From assembly GCA_963734095.1 (NCBI GenBank), contig CAVTGK010000019.1, forward strand, positions 11,213-75,212: DNA of 64,000 nt, given 5' to 3'. The stretch's first letter is position 1; every line of letters begins with the position of its first letter. Shown here one piece after another: positions 41,705 to 51,211 of this stretch. The DNA is from an uncultured Acidobacteriota bacterium (GTDB lineage: Bacteria; Acidobacteriota; Vicinamibacteria; Vicinamibacterales; UBA2999). A program made the translations under genes and the position numbers. The notes beneath the pieces were generated by a model. The model searched no databases. It saw nothing but the letters and a program-made list of their open reading frames with translations, and was not told where the DNA came from.

Positions 41705-42646
41705 CTATCGAGCGAGCTTGAGAATCACGCTTCGATCAGCGTCGGTGACGATTCGGGCGGTACTGAAAGGTCCACCGCACTGGCCGACAGGACGTAGGTG
41801 ACATTCGGAAACAGTTGAAGGGCAAAGCGACCTGCATCATCGGTCCATCGGGCATCAACACTTGCCCGGCAACTCGTATAGTCGCCGTGAGTCGCCTCAC
41901 CTGGATAGTTGGGAGTTGCCGTTGCTCTCCCGCAGTGAGGACGATGGGGACTGGCTTCCCGTCACTATCGACCTCGCTAACCGTATAGATTCGAATCTGA
42001 AAACACCATCCGCGTCCGTCGTGATGGGTAGGACCCTATGGCGACCTCAACCGACACGAAACGCAGCTTCACCCCCGTCCAGCACCAGCCCCTGAATCAC
42101 GCCGTCATATTCAAGTTTGGGAATGGCCGTCGCACACGAATGGCCATTCAGCAGCGTCACCTTGTCAGGTCGCATCTCAACGCCAGTGAAATTGGGGCCA
42201 CGCGGCTCGCTTATACCTCGACGCAAAGTGCGCCTGGATCTGCACATGCCCGCGAGATGTAGCCCCCGGGACCGGCCTGCGAGTAGTTCTCGAGGTATGC
42301 CAAGAACGGTTATGGCTTCTTCAATTGCCTGGTCCATCCGCACGAGGCTACGAACGAGCCGTCGCCGGACCCAAGCCTCGTCGACCTCGATGCCCTGACC
42401 GTTCACGCCAACCTCAATCTCTTTGCGCTGGATTTCGATCGATTCCACGGTCCCTTCGAACACAGCATCCGCCCTCGGGATGATCCAACAAACAGGTAAC
42501 TGGAAACACGAGGCGCTCGCCTGATGCGCGTGCAACAGGCTCATGCAGACACCAGCAACTACGAACGGACGGGTCAACAGTGTGCGAGCCTCGGGAACGC
42601 TCCAACACCTTGATGAACTCTGCACCAGGGCCGCCTCATTACCCAT
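41705..42646 (-). CDS. hypothetical secreted protein in a lower-GC stretch, frameshifted
   Basis: ORF 42047..42745 contains a signal-like segment (TLLTRPFVVAGVCMSLLHAHQASA) followed by SCFQLPVCWIIPRADAVFEGTVESIE. Two further minus-frame pieces (..WCFQIRIYTVSEVDSDGKPVPIVLTAGEQRQLPTIQVRRLTATIRVAGQVLMPDG..; ..GGPFSTARIVTDADRSVILKLAR stop at 41705) continue it. I cannot assign a family. Confidence 0.35.
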
Positions 42647-42754
42647 TCTCCACCTCATCGGCTCCAGCGGTTGAAATATCGCCTCGGGTGGTCGAAATGG
42701 GGAGAACTCGCAGCGGCGCTCCTCCGTCTGTAACTTTGAGACCAAGACTCTTAA

Positions 42755-42783
42755 TTGACAAGTATCTTAATGATAGAGATAAT
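42755..42783 (+). promoter_or_regulatory. candidate sigma70-type promoter (TTGACA-17 nt-GATAAT) for marR
   Basis: TTGACA at 42755-42760, a 17-nt spacer, GATAAT at 42778-42783, located 14 nt upstream of ATG 42798. This is the most AT-rich stretch I saw in the window. It is sequence similarity only, and promoter consensus in this lineage is unverified. Confidence 0.35.
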
Positions 42784-42797
42784 TTCGATCGACCCTA

Positions 42798-43313
42798 ATG
42801 GACGGCAAGATCGCCACGCGATCGGCGCTCCGGCAAGCAGTAGACGACGCCTCCCGGAAGGCTGGCGCGCAGTCCGTGATCCTCAGCGAGACCGTCGCCC
42901 GGCTGGCGGGGTTGAATCCAACCGATCTCGAGTGTCTCGATCTGCTGAACCTGGCGGGACCGCAGACAGCCGGCCAGCTGGCCGCGCAAACCGGTCTGAC
43001 GACGGGCGCCATGACAGCCGTGATCGATCGCCTGGAGCAGTCCGGATTCGTGAGGCGTCGTGACGATCCCAGGGATCGCCGGCGAGTCCTGGTCGAGTTG
43101 CTGCCTGCTGGTCCCGTGCAGCTCGCGCCGCTCTATGAACCGCTGGCCATGAGAATGGGACGAGTGCTCGACGATTTTACGGACCGCGAGCTGCGCATCG
43201 TTCTGAAGTTCCTCCGAAACGCCACAGAGGCGACCACGGAGCACGTGCAGTGGTTGCAGGAACAACCGGCGGTCCGGTCGCAGCGCTCATCACGACGGCG
43301 GTCTCGGGGTTGA
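42798..43313 (+). CDS. MarR family transcriptional regulator
   Basis: Intact 171-aa ORF with the winged-HTH block LNPTDLECLDLLNLAGPQTAGQLAAQTGLTTGAMTAVIDRLEQSGFVRRRDDPRDRRRVLVEL. Confidence 0.85.
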   Translation: MDGKIATRSALRQAVDDASRKAGAQSVILSETVARLAGLNPTDLECLDLLNLAGPQTAGQLAAQTGLTTGAMTAVIDRLEQSGFVRRRDDPRDRRRVLVELLPAGPVQLAPLYEPLAMRMGRVLDDFTDRELRIVLKFLRNATEATTEHVQWLQEQPAVRSQRSSRRRSRG

Positions 43314-43446
43314 TGGTATTTGCACGGTATAATTTGACTTTCGTCTTTTATTCGTATAACCGTCGGTCGCCCTCACCCGATTCGGCCGCCGCTATTTATG
43401 ACAGCGGTTGTCATTGTTGACCTCGGAGAATTGAGGACAGATCACC

Positions 43447-44674
43447 GTGGGTAACCCAACAGACGAGCTTGCCGCTCTACGCATCGAGCGCGCCCCCACG
43501 CGAGTCGAGAATCGTCGATGGGTGCGGTGGGCTGTGCTCGTCGTGGTTCTGGCGGCCGTGGGCACCGGCGTCGGTCTCTGGGCCACCCGCGAGCGTCCGG
43601 TCGCGGTCGAGGCCGCGCCGGTCACGCAGCGCGCTGCCGGAATGCAGGCTTCGGTCCTCAATGCATCGGGCTACGTGACGGCTCGCAGGCGCGCGACAGT
43701 CTCTTCCAAGATCACCGGCAAGGTCGTCGAGGTGAACGTCGAAGAGGGCATGGCCGTCCGACAGGGGCAGATTCTCGCGCGCCTTGACGACTCCACGTAC
43801 CGTGCGACGCTTGCGCTCTCGCAAGCACAGGTCGGGGCGGCCCAAAGCGAGCTGCGCGAGAGCTCCGTTCGCCTGGCAGAGGCGAAGCGCACACTCGATC
43901 GGCGCACACAACTGTTGAAGGATGGCCTGATTCCGCAGGCCGACTTCGATCAATCGCAGGCGGAGGTACGACTCCATCGAGGCGCGGATCGCGGCCTCTC
44001 GTGAGCAGGTGAAGGTCGCTGAGACACAGGTCAGCGTGCAGCAGACCGACCTCGACAACACGATCATTCGCGCGCCGTTCAGCGGCGTTGCCATCTCGAA
44101 GGACGCGCAGCCGGGCGAGATGGTGTCGCCGGTGTCAGCGGGCGGCGGATTCACCCGCACCGGCATCTGCACGATCGTGGACATGCGATCGCTCGAAATC
44201 GAAGTGGACGTCAACGAGAGTTACATCAATCGCGTCAAGCCAAAGCAAGGCGTGACGGCCGTGCTCGACGCTTATCCAGAGTGGCAGATTCCGGCTCGCG
44301 TCATCACCATGGTGCCGACGGCGGATCGCCAGAAAGCGACCGTGCTCGTGCGCATCGGATTCGTCGAGCTCGGCGATCCGCGCATCCTCCCCGACATGGG
44401 CGTCAAAGTGACGTTCCTGCGCGAGGCCGATGACAACGCGACGCCGGTGGCGCAGGCCGTGACGCTCATTCCAAAAAGCGCCGTCCGCAGCGAGGGCGAT
44501 CGGAACTACGTCTTCGTCATACGTCAGGACGCCGTGGAACGTCGTGCCGTCCAAACCGGTGGTTCGGACGGCGATCGGTTGGAGGTCGTGGCTGGCTTGT
44601 CGACATCCGATCGGGTCGTCGTGTCACCACCCCCGGAGCTCGCCAATGGGATTCGCGTCGTCGTCAAGCAGTAG
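43447..44674 (+). CDS. efflux periplasmic adaptor (HlyD/MacA-type membrane fusion protein), one frameshift
   Basis: GTG at 43447 with a membrane anchor WAVLVVVLAAVGTGVGLW. Has GYVTARRRATVSSKITGKVVEVNVEEG and a coiled-coil region. A frame change near 43970 leads into ORF 44009..44674 (IIRAPFSGVAISKDAQPGEMV). Confidence 0.8.
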
Positions 44675-44713
44675 CGCGCGGCATTGTGCGGTTGAGAACC
44701 AGGAGCACTGTTC

Positions 44714-45397
44714 ATGAGCGCATTGGTCAGAGTCCAGAACGTTCACAAGTACTACACGCGCGGGAGCGAACGCATCGACGTGTTGCAGGGCGTGAACCTC
44801 GAGATCCCGGCGGGCGATTTTCTTGCGCTCATGGGACCGTCAGGCTCGGGCAAAACAACTTTGCTGAACCTGATCGGAGGGTTGGACTCACCCTCGTCTG
44901 GCTCGGTGAATGTCGGTGGTGTCAACATTACGGGGCTCTCCGGTGGACAGTTGTCTCGGTGGCGCGCCGAGAACATCGGCTTCGTCTTTCAGCTCTACAA
45001 CCTGTTACCGGTGCTGACCGCCGAGCGAAACGTCGACTTGCCGCTCCTGTTGACGAAGCTGTCGCGGGCCGAGCGCAAAAAGCGCGTGGGCATTGCGCTC
45101 AAGGTTGTCGGTCTGGCCGACCGCGCGAAGCACTACCCAAAGCAGTTGTCAGGCGGGCAGGAGCAGCGTGTCGGCATCGCTCGCGCCATCGTGACCGATC
45201 CCACTCTGCTGCTGTGCGATGAGCCCACCGGCGACCTCGACCGCAAGTCGGGAGACGAGATTCTCGATCTGCTTCAGACCCTCAATCGGGATCATGGCAA
45301 GACCATCGTGATGGTCACGCACGATCCGCACGCGGCGGAACGGGCCCGGCGAACGCTTCATCTCGACAAGGGGCTGTTGATGGGAGCCGCGGCATGA
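44714..45397 (+). CDS. ABC transporter ATP-binding protein (MacB/LolD-type)
   Basis: Intact: GPSGSGKTTLLN (Walker A), LSGGQEQRVGIARA (signature), LLLCDEPTGDLD (Walker B). Confidence 0.9.
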   Translation: MSALVRVQNVHKYYTRGSERIDVLQGVNLEIPAGDFLALMGPSGSGKTTLLNLIGGLDSPSSGSVNVGGVNITGLSGGQLSRWRAENIGFVFQLYNLLPVLTAERNVDLPLLLTKLSRAERKKRVGIALKVVGLADRAKHYPKQLSGGQEQRVGIARAIVTDPTLLLCDEPTGDLDRKSGDEILDLLQTLNRDHGKTIVMVTHDPHAAERARRTLHLDKGLLMGAAA

Positions 45398-46542
45398 AGT
45401 TCCTCCCATTGTTGTGGAGCAATCTCTGGCGGAAGAAGACGCGGACGATCTTCACGTTGCTGTCCGTCTTCGTCGCATTCCTGCTCTTCGGATTGCTGAT
45501 GGCCATCCGGACGGCGTTCACGTTCGGCGTCGACATCGCCGGCCTCGACCGCCTCGTGCTGATTCACAAAGTGAGCCTGATCATGCCGCTGCCCGTTTCG
45601 TACCAGGGCCGGCTGCAAGCGACGCCAGGGGTGGAGCTGGCGACACACAACACGTGGTTTGGTGGGATCTATCAGGATCCGTCGAACTTTTTCGCGCAGA
45701 TTGCCGTGGATCCCGAGCCGTTCATGAAGCTCTACCCGGAGTACAGGCTGCCTCCGGAGCAGATGAAGGCCTGGCTCGGCGATCGTCAAGGTGTGGTGGT
45801 CGGTGTCGACCTTGCCGAACGGTTCGATTGGAAGGTGGGCGATCGCGTCCCGATTCAGGGCACCATCTGGCAGCCCAAGCAAGGCCAGGTCTGGGAGTTC
45901 AACATCGTCGGGATGTACGACGCCGAGCCCGGCGTCGACAAGACCCAGTTTTTCTTCCGCTACGACTACCTGGACGAAAACCGCGCCGTGGGCGCGGGAC
46001 AGGTCGGGTGGTACATCGTGAAGATCGCAGACGGGTCGCGAGCACAGCAGATGGGCGCGACGTTCGACTCGATGTTCGCGAACTCCGCAGCTGAGACCAA
46101 GACCACGACCGAAAAGGGGTTCGTGGAGGGCTTTGCCAAGCAGGTGGGGGACATCGGCGCAATCATGATCGCCATCCTCATCGCCGTGCTGTTCACGATG
46201 CTGCTGGTCGCCGCCAACACGATGGCGCAGGCAGTGCGCGAGCGAACCAGCGAAGTTGGCGTGCTGAAGACGTTGGGATTTTCCAACGGCGCGATTCTGG
46301 TCCTCGTTCTGGCTGAGGCCGTCGTGATCTCCGTCATTGGCGGCGGTCTCGGCCTCCTGCTGGCGTGGCTGTTCGTGCAGCAGGGGGATCCAACCAACGG
46401 GATGCTGCCCATCTTTGCGCTACCGGCTCGGGATGTCGCGATCGGCGCGAGTTTGATTGTGCTTCTCGGCCTCGTTGCGGGGCTGCTGCCGGCGCTCAAT
46501 GCGATGCAGCTGAAGATCACCGACGCGCTGAGGACGAACTAG
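45394..46542 (+). CDS. ABC transporter permease (FtsX/MacB-type)
   Basis: Intact 382-aa ORF whose start overlaps the ATPase stop (ATGA). It has an N-terminal TM, a large periplasmic domain, and a C-terminal FtsX block (RTSEVGVLKTLGFSNGAILVLVLAEA). Confidence 0.85.
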   Translation: MKFLPLLWSNLWRKKTRTIFTLLSVFVAFLLFGLLMAIRTAFTFGVDIAGLDRLVLIHKVSLIMPLPVSYQGRLQATPGVELATHNTWFGGIYQDPSNFFAQIAVDPEPFMKLYPEYRLPPEQMKAWLGDRQGVVVGVDLAERFDWKVGDRVPIQGTIWQPKQGQVWEFNIVGMYDAEPGVDKTQFFFRYDYLDENRAVGAGQVGWYIVKIADGSRAQQMGATFDSMFANSAAETKTTTEKGFVEGFAKQVGDIGAIMIAILIAVLFTMLLVAANTMAQAVRERTSEVGVLKTLGFSNGAILVLVLAEAVVISVIGGGLGLLLAWLFVQQGDPTNGMLPIFALPARDVAIGASLIVLLGLVAGLLPALNAMQLKITDALRTN

Positions 46543-46581
46543 TGGCTTGTAACAGCTGAATGACGCCCAGCCCGCTTCGGA

Positions 46582-46671
46582 CTTCCGCCTGAAGGCGGAA
46601 GCCACGCGATAGCTTCGGTTATGTGGACTCGATGTTGTTTGTGACTCGTGGCTTCCGGCTTTAGCCGGAAG
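46582..46671. repeat. two similar GC hairpins with tetraloops (CTTCCGCC-tgaa-GGCGGAAG; CTTCCGGC-ttta-GCCGGAAG)
   Basis: Located at 46582-46601 and 46652-46671, in the gap between the two FtsX permease genes. No U-tract follows either hairpin. Confidence 0.8.
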
Positions 46672-46754
46672 ATCGAAGGGGCGATAGCGAATCAACTGAT
46701 ACACGCCACTGGCTATTTTGCTCGGCGCGCCCGGCGCGCCAGGAGAGAAAGACC

Positions 46755-47945
46755 GTGTTCAACTGGATCGCGCAAACCATCGCCGTCACCGCACTCAATC
46801 TCCGCACGATTCCACGACGGCTGGGCTCGACGGGCGTCGCCATCGTCGGCATTGCCGGTGTCGTGGTGGTCTTCGTGTCGGTGCTGTCGATCGCTGCCGG
46901 CTTCAGAGCCGCTATGCAGGGATCGGGGTCGCCGTCCCGCGCCCTCGTGATGCGAAGCGGCGCTGACAGCGAAATGACGAGCGGGCTCGGCCGGTCCGAA
47001 GTCGACGTCATCAAGCAGGCGCCCGGACTTCGCCGCGACGGGCAAACCGTCGTGGCGTCAGCCGAGCTGTACGTGATCATCGACCTGCCGAAGAAATCGA
47101 CCGAACACGGCAGCGAACGTTCCCATGCGCGGCGTCGAGCCGACCGCATTGCCCGTGCGTGACGAGGTGTCGATTGTCGAGGGCGGATGTTCGAGTTCGG
47201 CACGAACGAGGTCGTGGTGGGGCGAGGGGCCAGCGGTCAGTTCGAGGGGCTCACCGTCGGAAACGAGCTCCGATCGGGGCAGAACACATGGCGCGTCGTC
47301 GGCGTGTTCGAATCCGACGGAGGCGTCGCCGAAACCGAAATCTGGTGTGATGCCCGTGTGCTCCAGGGGGCGTACCGTCGCGGTAATACCTTCCAGACGG
47401 TGTTGGCACGACTCGACAGCAGCGACAGCTTCGACTCCTTTCGCGACTGGCTGACGTCCAACCCGCAAGTCAACGTGCAGGTGCGTCGCGAAACCGAGTA
47501 TTACGCTCAACAGTCTCAGGCGCTCACCAACTTGATTCAGACGGTCGGCTTCGGCATCGCCGCGCTGATGGGCATCGGCGCCGTGTTCGGCGCCATCCTG
47601 ACCATGTACACGGCCGTGTCCACGAGATCGCGCGAGATTGCGACGCTGCGCGCGCTGGGATTCAACTCGACGTCCGTCGTCATCTCGGTGATCGCCGAGG
47701 CGTTAGCTCTCGGGGCGATTGGCGGCATCATCGGTGGTGCCGCGGCCTACCTCGCATTCAACGGCTACGAGACATCGACCATGAACTTTCAGACGTTCAG
47801 TCAGGTCGCGTTTGCGTTTCGCGTCACGCCGCAGCTGCTCACGATGGGCCTGGTGTATTCGCTGTTGATGGGACTCGTGGGAGGCTTGTTCCCGGCGATT
47901 CGTGCAGCACGGCTGCCAATCCCTTCGGCTCTCCGCGAGATGTAA
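46755..47945 (+). CDS. second FtsX/MacB-type ABC permease, frameshifted
   Basis: AGGAGAG precedes the GTG at 46755 (MFNWIAQTIAVTALNLRTIPRRLGSTGVAIVGIAGVV). Frame changes at about 47110-47190 lead into ORF 47187..47945 (REIATLRALGFNSTSVVISVIAEA). Confidence 0.8.
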
Positions 47946-47989
47946 GGTTCCAGGGTTCCAAGGTTCGAAGGGTCAAAGTTCCAGGGTTC
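47946..47989. repeat. octamer array (GGTTCCAR)n
   Basis: ggttccag ggttccaa ggttcgaa gggtcaaa gttccagg gttc. It starts right after the permease stop (47943-47945) and is in inverted orientation relative to 48578-48630. Confidence 0.9.
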
Positions 47990-48001
47990 TGCAAAACGGC
48001 G

Positions 48002-48544
48002 TCAGGCATCACCGCCGAGTACTCTGCCCTCCCCCGCGCGCTTGGTCCACTGCCAAAGCCCCGCGGAAATGTCGTCCGGCAGCCGATGACCGAGTTGTCG
48101 TGCCAGCATCACGATTTGGCCTCGGTGGTGGCCCTCATGCGCGACGAAGTATGTCAGCACATGGGGGACGTCCAGAGGCAGGTTGCGCCAGACGTAGGCC
48201 TTCGTCGGGGGCACGTGGCCTCCCGCCGCCATGCCGAGTGCGAGGAGCGCTTCGATCCCCTTGCTGCTCCGCTTAAGGGCGGACAGCAATTCGTGTCGCG
48301 CGACGTTGCGGCGATCGACAGAGGCGGGGATGGCGATCCCGTGTTCCTGGCCGAGCGTCTTGATCCACATGCACCGGGCGTTGTGCAGATGCCCCGCGAT
48401 CATGCGGACCGTACGCCGCGGTGCCCCTGGAACGGAGGCATCCAAGAGTGCGGCGGGCAGATGCTCTACAAGGTACGCGGTGATCCGACTGTTGGTCCGC
48501 CAGGAGGCCAGCAGGGTCGCGCCTAGATCAGCTTGTGGGATCAT
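48002..48544 (-). CDS. DinB family protein
   Basis: ATG at 48544 (MIPQADLGATLLASWRTNSRITAYLVEHL). Has IAGHLHNAR and HEGHHRGQIVMLAR, the DinB His-triad pattern. Confidence 0.8.
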   Translation of the reverse strand: MIPQADLGATLLASWRTNSRITAYLVEHLPAALLDASVPGAPRRTVRMIAGHLHNARCMWIKTLGQEHGIAIPASVDRRNVARHELLSALKRSSKGIEALLALGMAAGGHVPPTKAYVWRNLPLDVPHVLTYFVAHEGHHRGQIVMLARQLGHRLPDDISAGLWQWTKRAGEGRVLGGDA

Positions 48545-48577
48545 CGCTGTGCTTGCGGCGGATTCTATAAGAAGTGA

Positions 48578-48630
48578 AACCTTGGAACTTTGGAACCTTG
48601 GAACCTTGGAACCTTGGAACCTTGGAACCC
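48578..48630. repeat. octamer array (AACCTTGG)x6
   Basis: aaccttgg aactttgg aaccttgg x4 then aaccc. It occupies most of the divergent gap between the DinB start (48544) and the GNAT start (48635). Confidence 0.95.
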
Positions 48631-48634
48631 TAAG

Positions 48635-49159
48635 GTGAGGATTCGGAAAGCAGAACTCGCGGATGCCGCGGCGGTCGCGGCGTTGGCCGAGCGAACGTTC
48701 CGCAACACCTTCGAGGCGGATAACACGCCCGAGGACATGGCCGAGCACTGCCGGAAGTCATACTCCGCCGAGATTCAGGCCGCGGAGTTGTCGAACCCCG
48801 ACATCGAGACACTCGTTTACGAAGCGCACGACGGCTCGTTCATCGCCTACGCACAGTTGCGAGCGGGGGCGCCTCCAGAGGTCACCGGGCCATCTCCCAT
48901 TGAGCTCTGGCGCTTTTATGTCGACCGTGCACATCATGGCCGTGGCGTGGCACAAGCCTTGATGGCTTCAGTGATCGACATTGCCGAAAACAAGGGCGCC
49001 CAAACACTGTGGCTTGGCGTTTGGGAACGCAATCCCAAAGCACGGGCGTTCTATCGCAAGGCTGGCTTCGTCGACGTTGGCGCTCACGAGTTCGTTGTCG
49101 GGCAGGACCTACAGACCGATCGTTTGATGGCGCGCCCGGTGCGACGTGAGGTCTGGTAG
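48635..49159 (+). CDS. GNAT family N-acetyltransferase
   Basis: GTG at 48635 (VRIRKAELADAAAVAALAERTF). LWRFYVDRAHHGRGVAQALM carries the Q/R-x-x-G-x-G/A motif. Also NPKARAFYRKAGF. Confidence 0.85.
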   Translation: MRIRKAELADAAAVAALAERTFRNTFEADNTPEDMAEHCRKSYSAEIQAAELSNPDIETLVYEAHDGSFIAYAQLRAGAPPEVTGPSPIELWRFYVDRAHHGRGVAQALMASVIDIAENKGAQTLWLGVWERNPKARAFYRKAGFVDVGAHEFVVGQDLQTDRLMARPVRREVW

Positions 49160-49176
49160 GGCTGGTCCCACCGACT

Positions 49177-50706
49177 TCACCAAAGGAACCGTCTCCCCGC
49201 GGCCTCGTGCGCAAGCTGAAGGTGCAGCCCGAGACCCACGTCCTTTGGCAGGTATGGAATGTCGATGCGCGTGGCGTCAGATGCGCCTGCCGTATCCACA
49301 CGAACACGAGCCATCGCGGCTCGTCGATCGAATGGGCTGGCAGCAAGCGTGACGGTTTGAATCTTCGCAAGCCGCACGATACTGACACGCCGCCATAACC
49401 AGCCCGCACGAAAGAACACCGCATCCTCCGTCACAGCCCATCCGAGATGGGCGATCGTTCTGCGCGCACCGATGATGGCCCACGCCAGGAGCGCTGGCGC
49501 AAGCACCAGAGACCACATACCCATCAACGCGAAGAGACCGCTCTGCGCCAAGAGTGCGAGCACGATCCACCCTTTGACCTCTCGGCGGAAGGCACGGGGC
49601 GACACCGGCTGCCAAGCGACGGTGTCGAAGCCAGAGACGTCTGGGAGAGCCTGATGAATGAAGGCGGGAAGCGCCTCGCGACGAAGAATCGGGGCCAACG
49701 ATTCGCGCTCCCTTCCCCCACTACCCTCTTTGGGTTGGCCGCCTGCGGTGTCGGCCCTCACAGCCACGCGGCTGAACCATCGGTGCAGCGGACCTTCTCG
49801 GATGGTGAGCGTTTGAATACGACGCAACGGGATCGTCGCGGCCACGCGCGTCGTAAGACCGTACTCGCTGCGGAGGTCTCCCGCCGACAGCGAAAGGCGA
49901 AACCCATAGAGCCGCACGAGCGCCCAGATCATCGATAGGAACCGGACAAACAGCAGCAGACCAATGAACGCGAGCACCGAGATCGCGATGCGCTCGAACG
50001 CAATCTCGACATTGCTGAAAATGCCCCGGGCAAGATCGCGCACTATTCGACGACCCGACAATTCGCTCCCGAATCTCGACATGAGGCGATCGAACAGACC
50101 AAGCTCCCACACCAGACCAAATCCCGCGGCGATCAACACGCCGCCGCGGTTCTCGAGGAAGCCGCACAGTAGCAGCTCCTTGGGAGAAAGTTCGAGCAGC
50201 AACGCAGCGGGTGGCGCATCGACGACGACCGCCGTCGATTCCGCCGACTGCTCAGTCGCGAGTGCCTGGCGTTCGGCAAAGACGCGCGCGCGCATTTCCT
50301 GGAACGCACCGACCGGCAGCACGCTCATCGTGGCTTCAGGGGCTTGGCCACTGCCAGTTTCGACTCGCACCTCGACGACCTTGAGCAGACGATGGAGCAC
50401 GTTCTGAACCGCATCGACATTTTGGATGCGACCGTAGGGGATATGGCGCTCGCGACGGAAGACCAGGCCACTTCGAATCACCATCTCGTTGGCGTCGTAG
50501 CGATATCGGTACCAGACGTACCGAATCACCGCAACGGCGGCGTTCGGTATGACCAGCGCCATCATCCAAGGCTGCCACCAGTCGTTGCCGCCTCGCGAGC
50601 TGGCGCCAATCATCACCAAGAGGCCGGGCAGGATGAACGTTCGAATCTGGGCCAGGAACGCAAACAGCACGGACACGGGATGGAGGCGATGCTCAGACGG
50701 CATCAC
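49177..50706 (-). CDS. membrane protein with three bacterial PH (bPH_2/YdbT-like) domains
   Basis: Intact 509-aa ORF with repeated units of TM hairpins plus the pattern R..IPY.RIQ (RHIPYGRIQNVD, TIPLRRIQTLTI, VSIVRLAKIQTVTL). Confidence 0.7.
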   Translation of the reverse strand: MMPSEHRLHPVSVLFAFLAQIRTFILPGLLVMIGASSRGGNDWWQPWMMALVIPNAAVAVIRYVWYRYRYDANEMVIRSGLVFRRERHIPYGRIQNVDAVQNVLHRLLKVVEVRVETGSGQAPEATMSVLPVGAFQEMRARVFAERQALATEQSAESTAVVVDAPPAALLLELSPKELLLCGFLENRGGVLIAAGFGLVWELGLFDRLMSRFGSELSGRRIVRDLARGIFSNVEIAFERIAISVLAFIGLLLFVRFLSMIWALVRLYGFRLSLSAGDLRSEYGLTTRVAATIPLRRIQTLTIREGPLHRWFSRVAVRADTAGGQPKEGSGGRERESLAPILRREALPAFIHQALPDVSGFDTVAWQPVSPRAFRREVKGWIVLALLAQSGLFALMGMWSLVLAPALLAWAIIGARRTIAHLGWAVTEDAVFFRAGWLWRRVSIVRLAKIQTVTLAASPFDRRAAMARVRVDTAGASDATRIDIPYLPKDVGLGLHLQLAHEAAGRRFLW

Positions 50707-51184
50707 TGCTCTCCCGCGGCAGGAGCTGATCGCGGATCTCCAAGGCCACCTGGTGCTCGAGGCCGGGCAGCTCGACCCTCGAGTGCTCGGTACCAGCCGT
50801 GTGGATCAGCAGCCGACCGAGCCCATGTCTTCGCTCGAGCGGGCCCTGAATGACATCGGTGTGCTGCACCCTCGACCTTGGTACGTTGATCACACTTCGC
50901 CAGTACACGCCTCGGCGAATCTGAATGCCTTCCTCGTCGAGGCGGTACGACCAATGGCGGTACTCGATGGCGGGCCAGCGATGAAACAGCCTCGCCAACA
51001 CCGAGGTCCCGATGACCCAGAGAACCACACACCAGATCCACCGCCGCGGCGTCAGAAGCACGACGAGACCGACAGCCAGGCCCAACGACATTGCCGCCGT
51101 CATGATGTACCCCACATCACGCTGCAGCGTGATGTAGCGTGGATCGAGGGACAGCTCGACGTCGGCGCTGGCGGGTGTTGTCAC
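50693..51184 (-). CDS. bacterial PH domain membrane protein (YdbS-like)
   Basis: Intact 163-aa ORF that overlaps the downstream YdbT-like gene by 14 nt: WSYRLDEEGIQIRRGVYWRSVINVPRSRVQHTDVIQGPLERRHGLGRLLIHTAG. Confidence 0.7.
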   Translation of the reverse strand: MTTPASADVELSLDPRYITLQRDVGYIMTAAMSLGLAVGLVVLLTPRRWIWCVVLWVIGTSVLARLFHRWPAIEYRHWSYRLDEEGIQIRRGVYWRSVINVPRSRVQHTDVIQGPLERRHGLGRLLIHTAGTEHSRVELPGLEHQVALEIRDQLLPRESSDAV

Positions 51185-51211
51185 GGTGCTGCGCTCTCTA
51201 CGCTTCCGCGA

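Noticed and set aside
49177-51184. YdbS/YdbT-like PH-domain membrane protein pair flanked by DinB and GNAT genes, considered as a possible novel stress or defence module.
   Set aside because: The YdbS-YdbT pairing is a widespread, already described arrangement. Neighbouring genes are on different strands or transcription units, and nothing in the sequence links them functionally.
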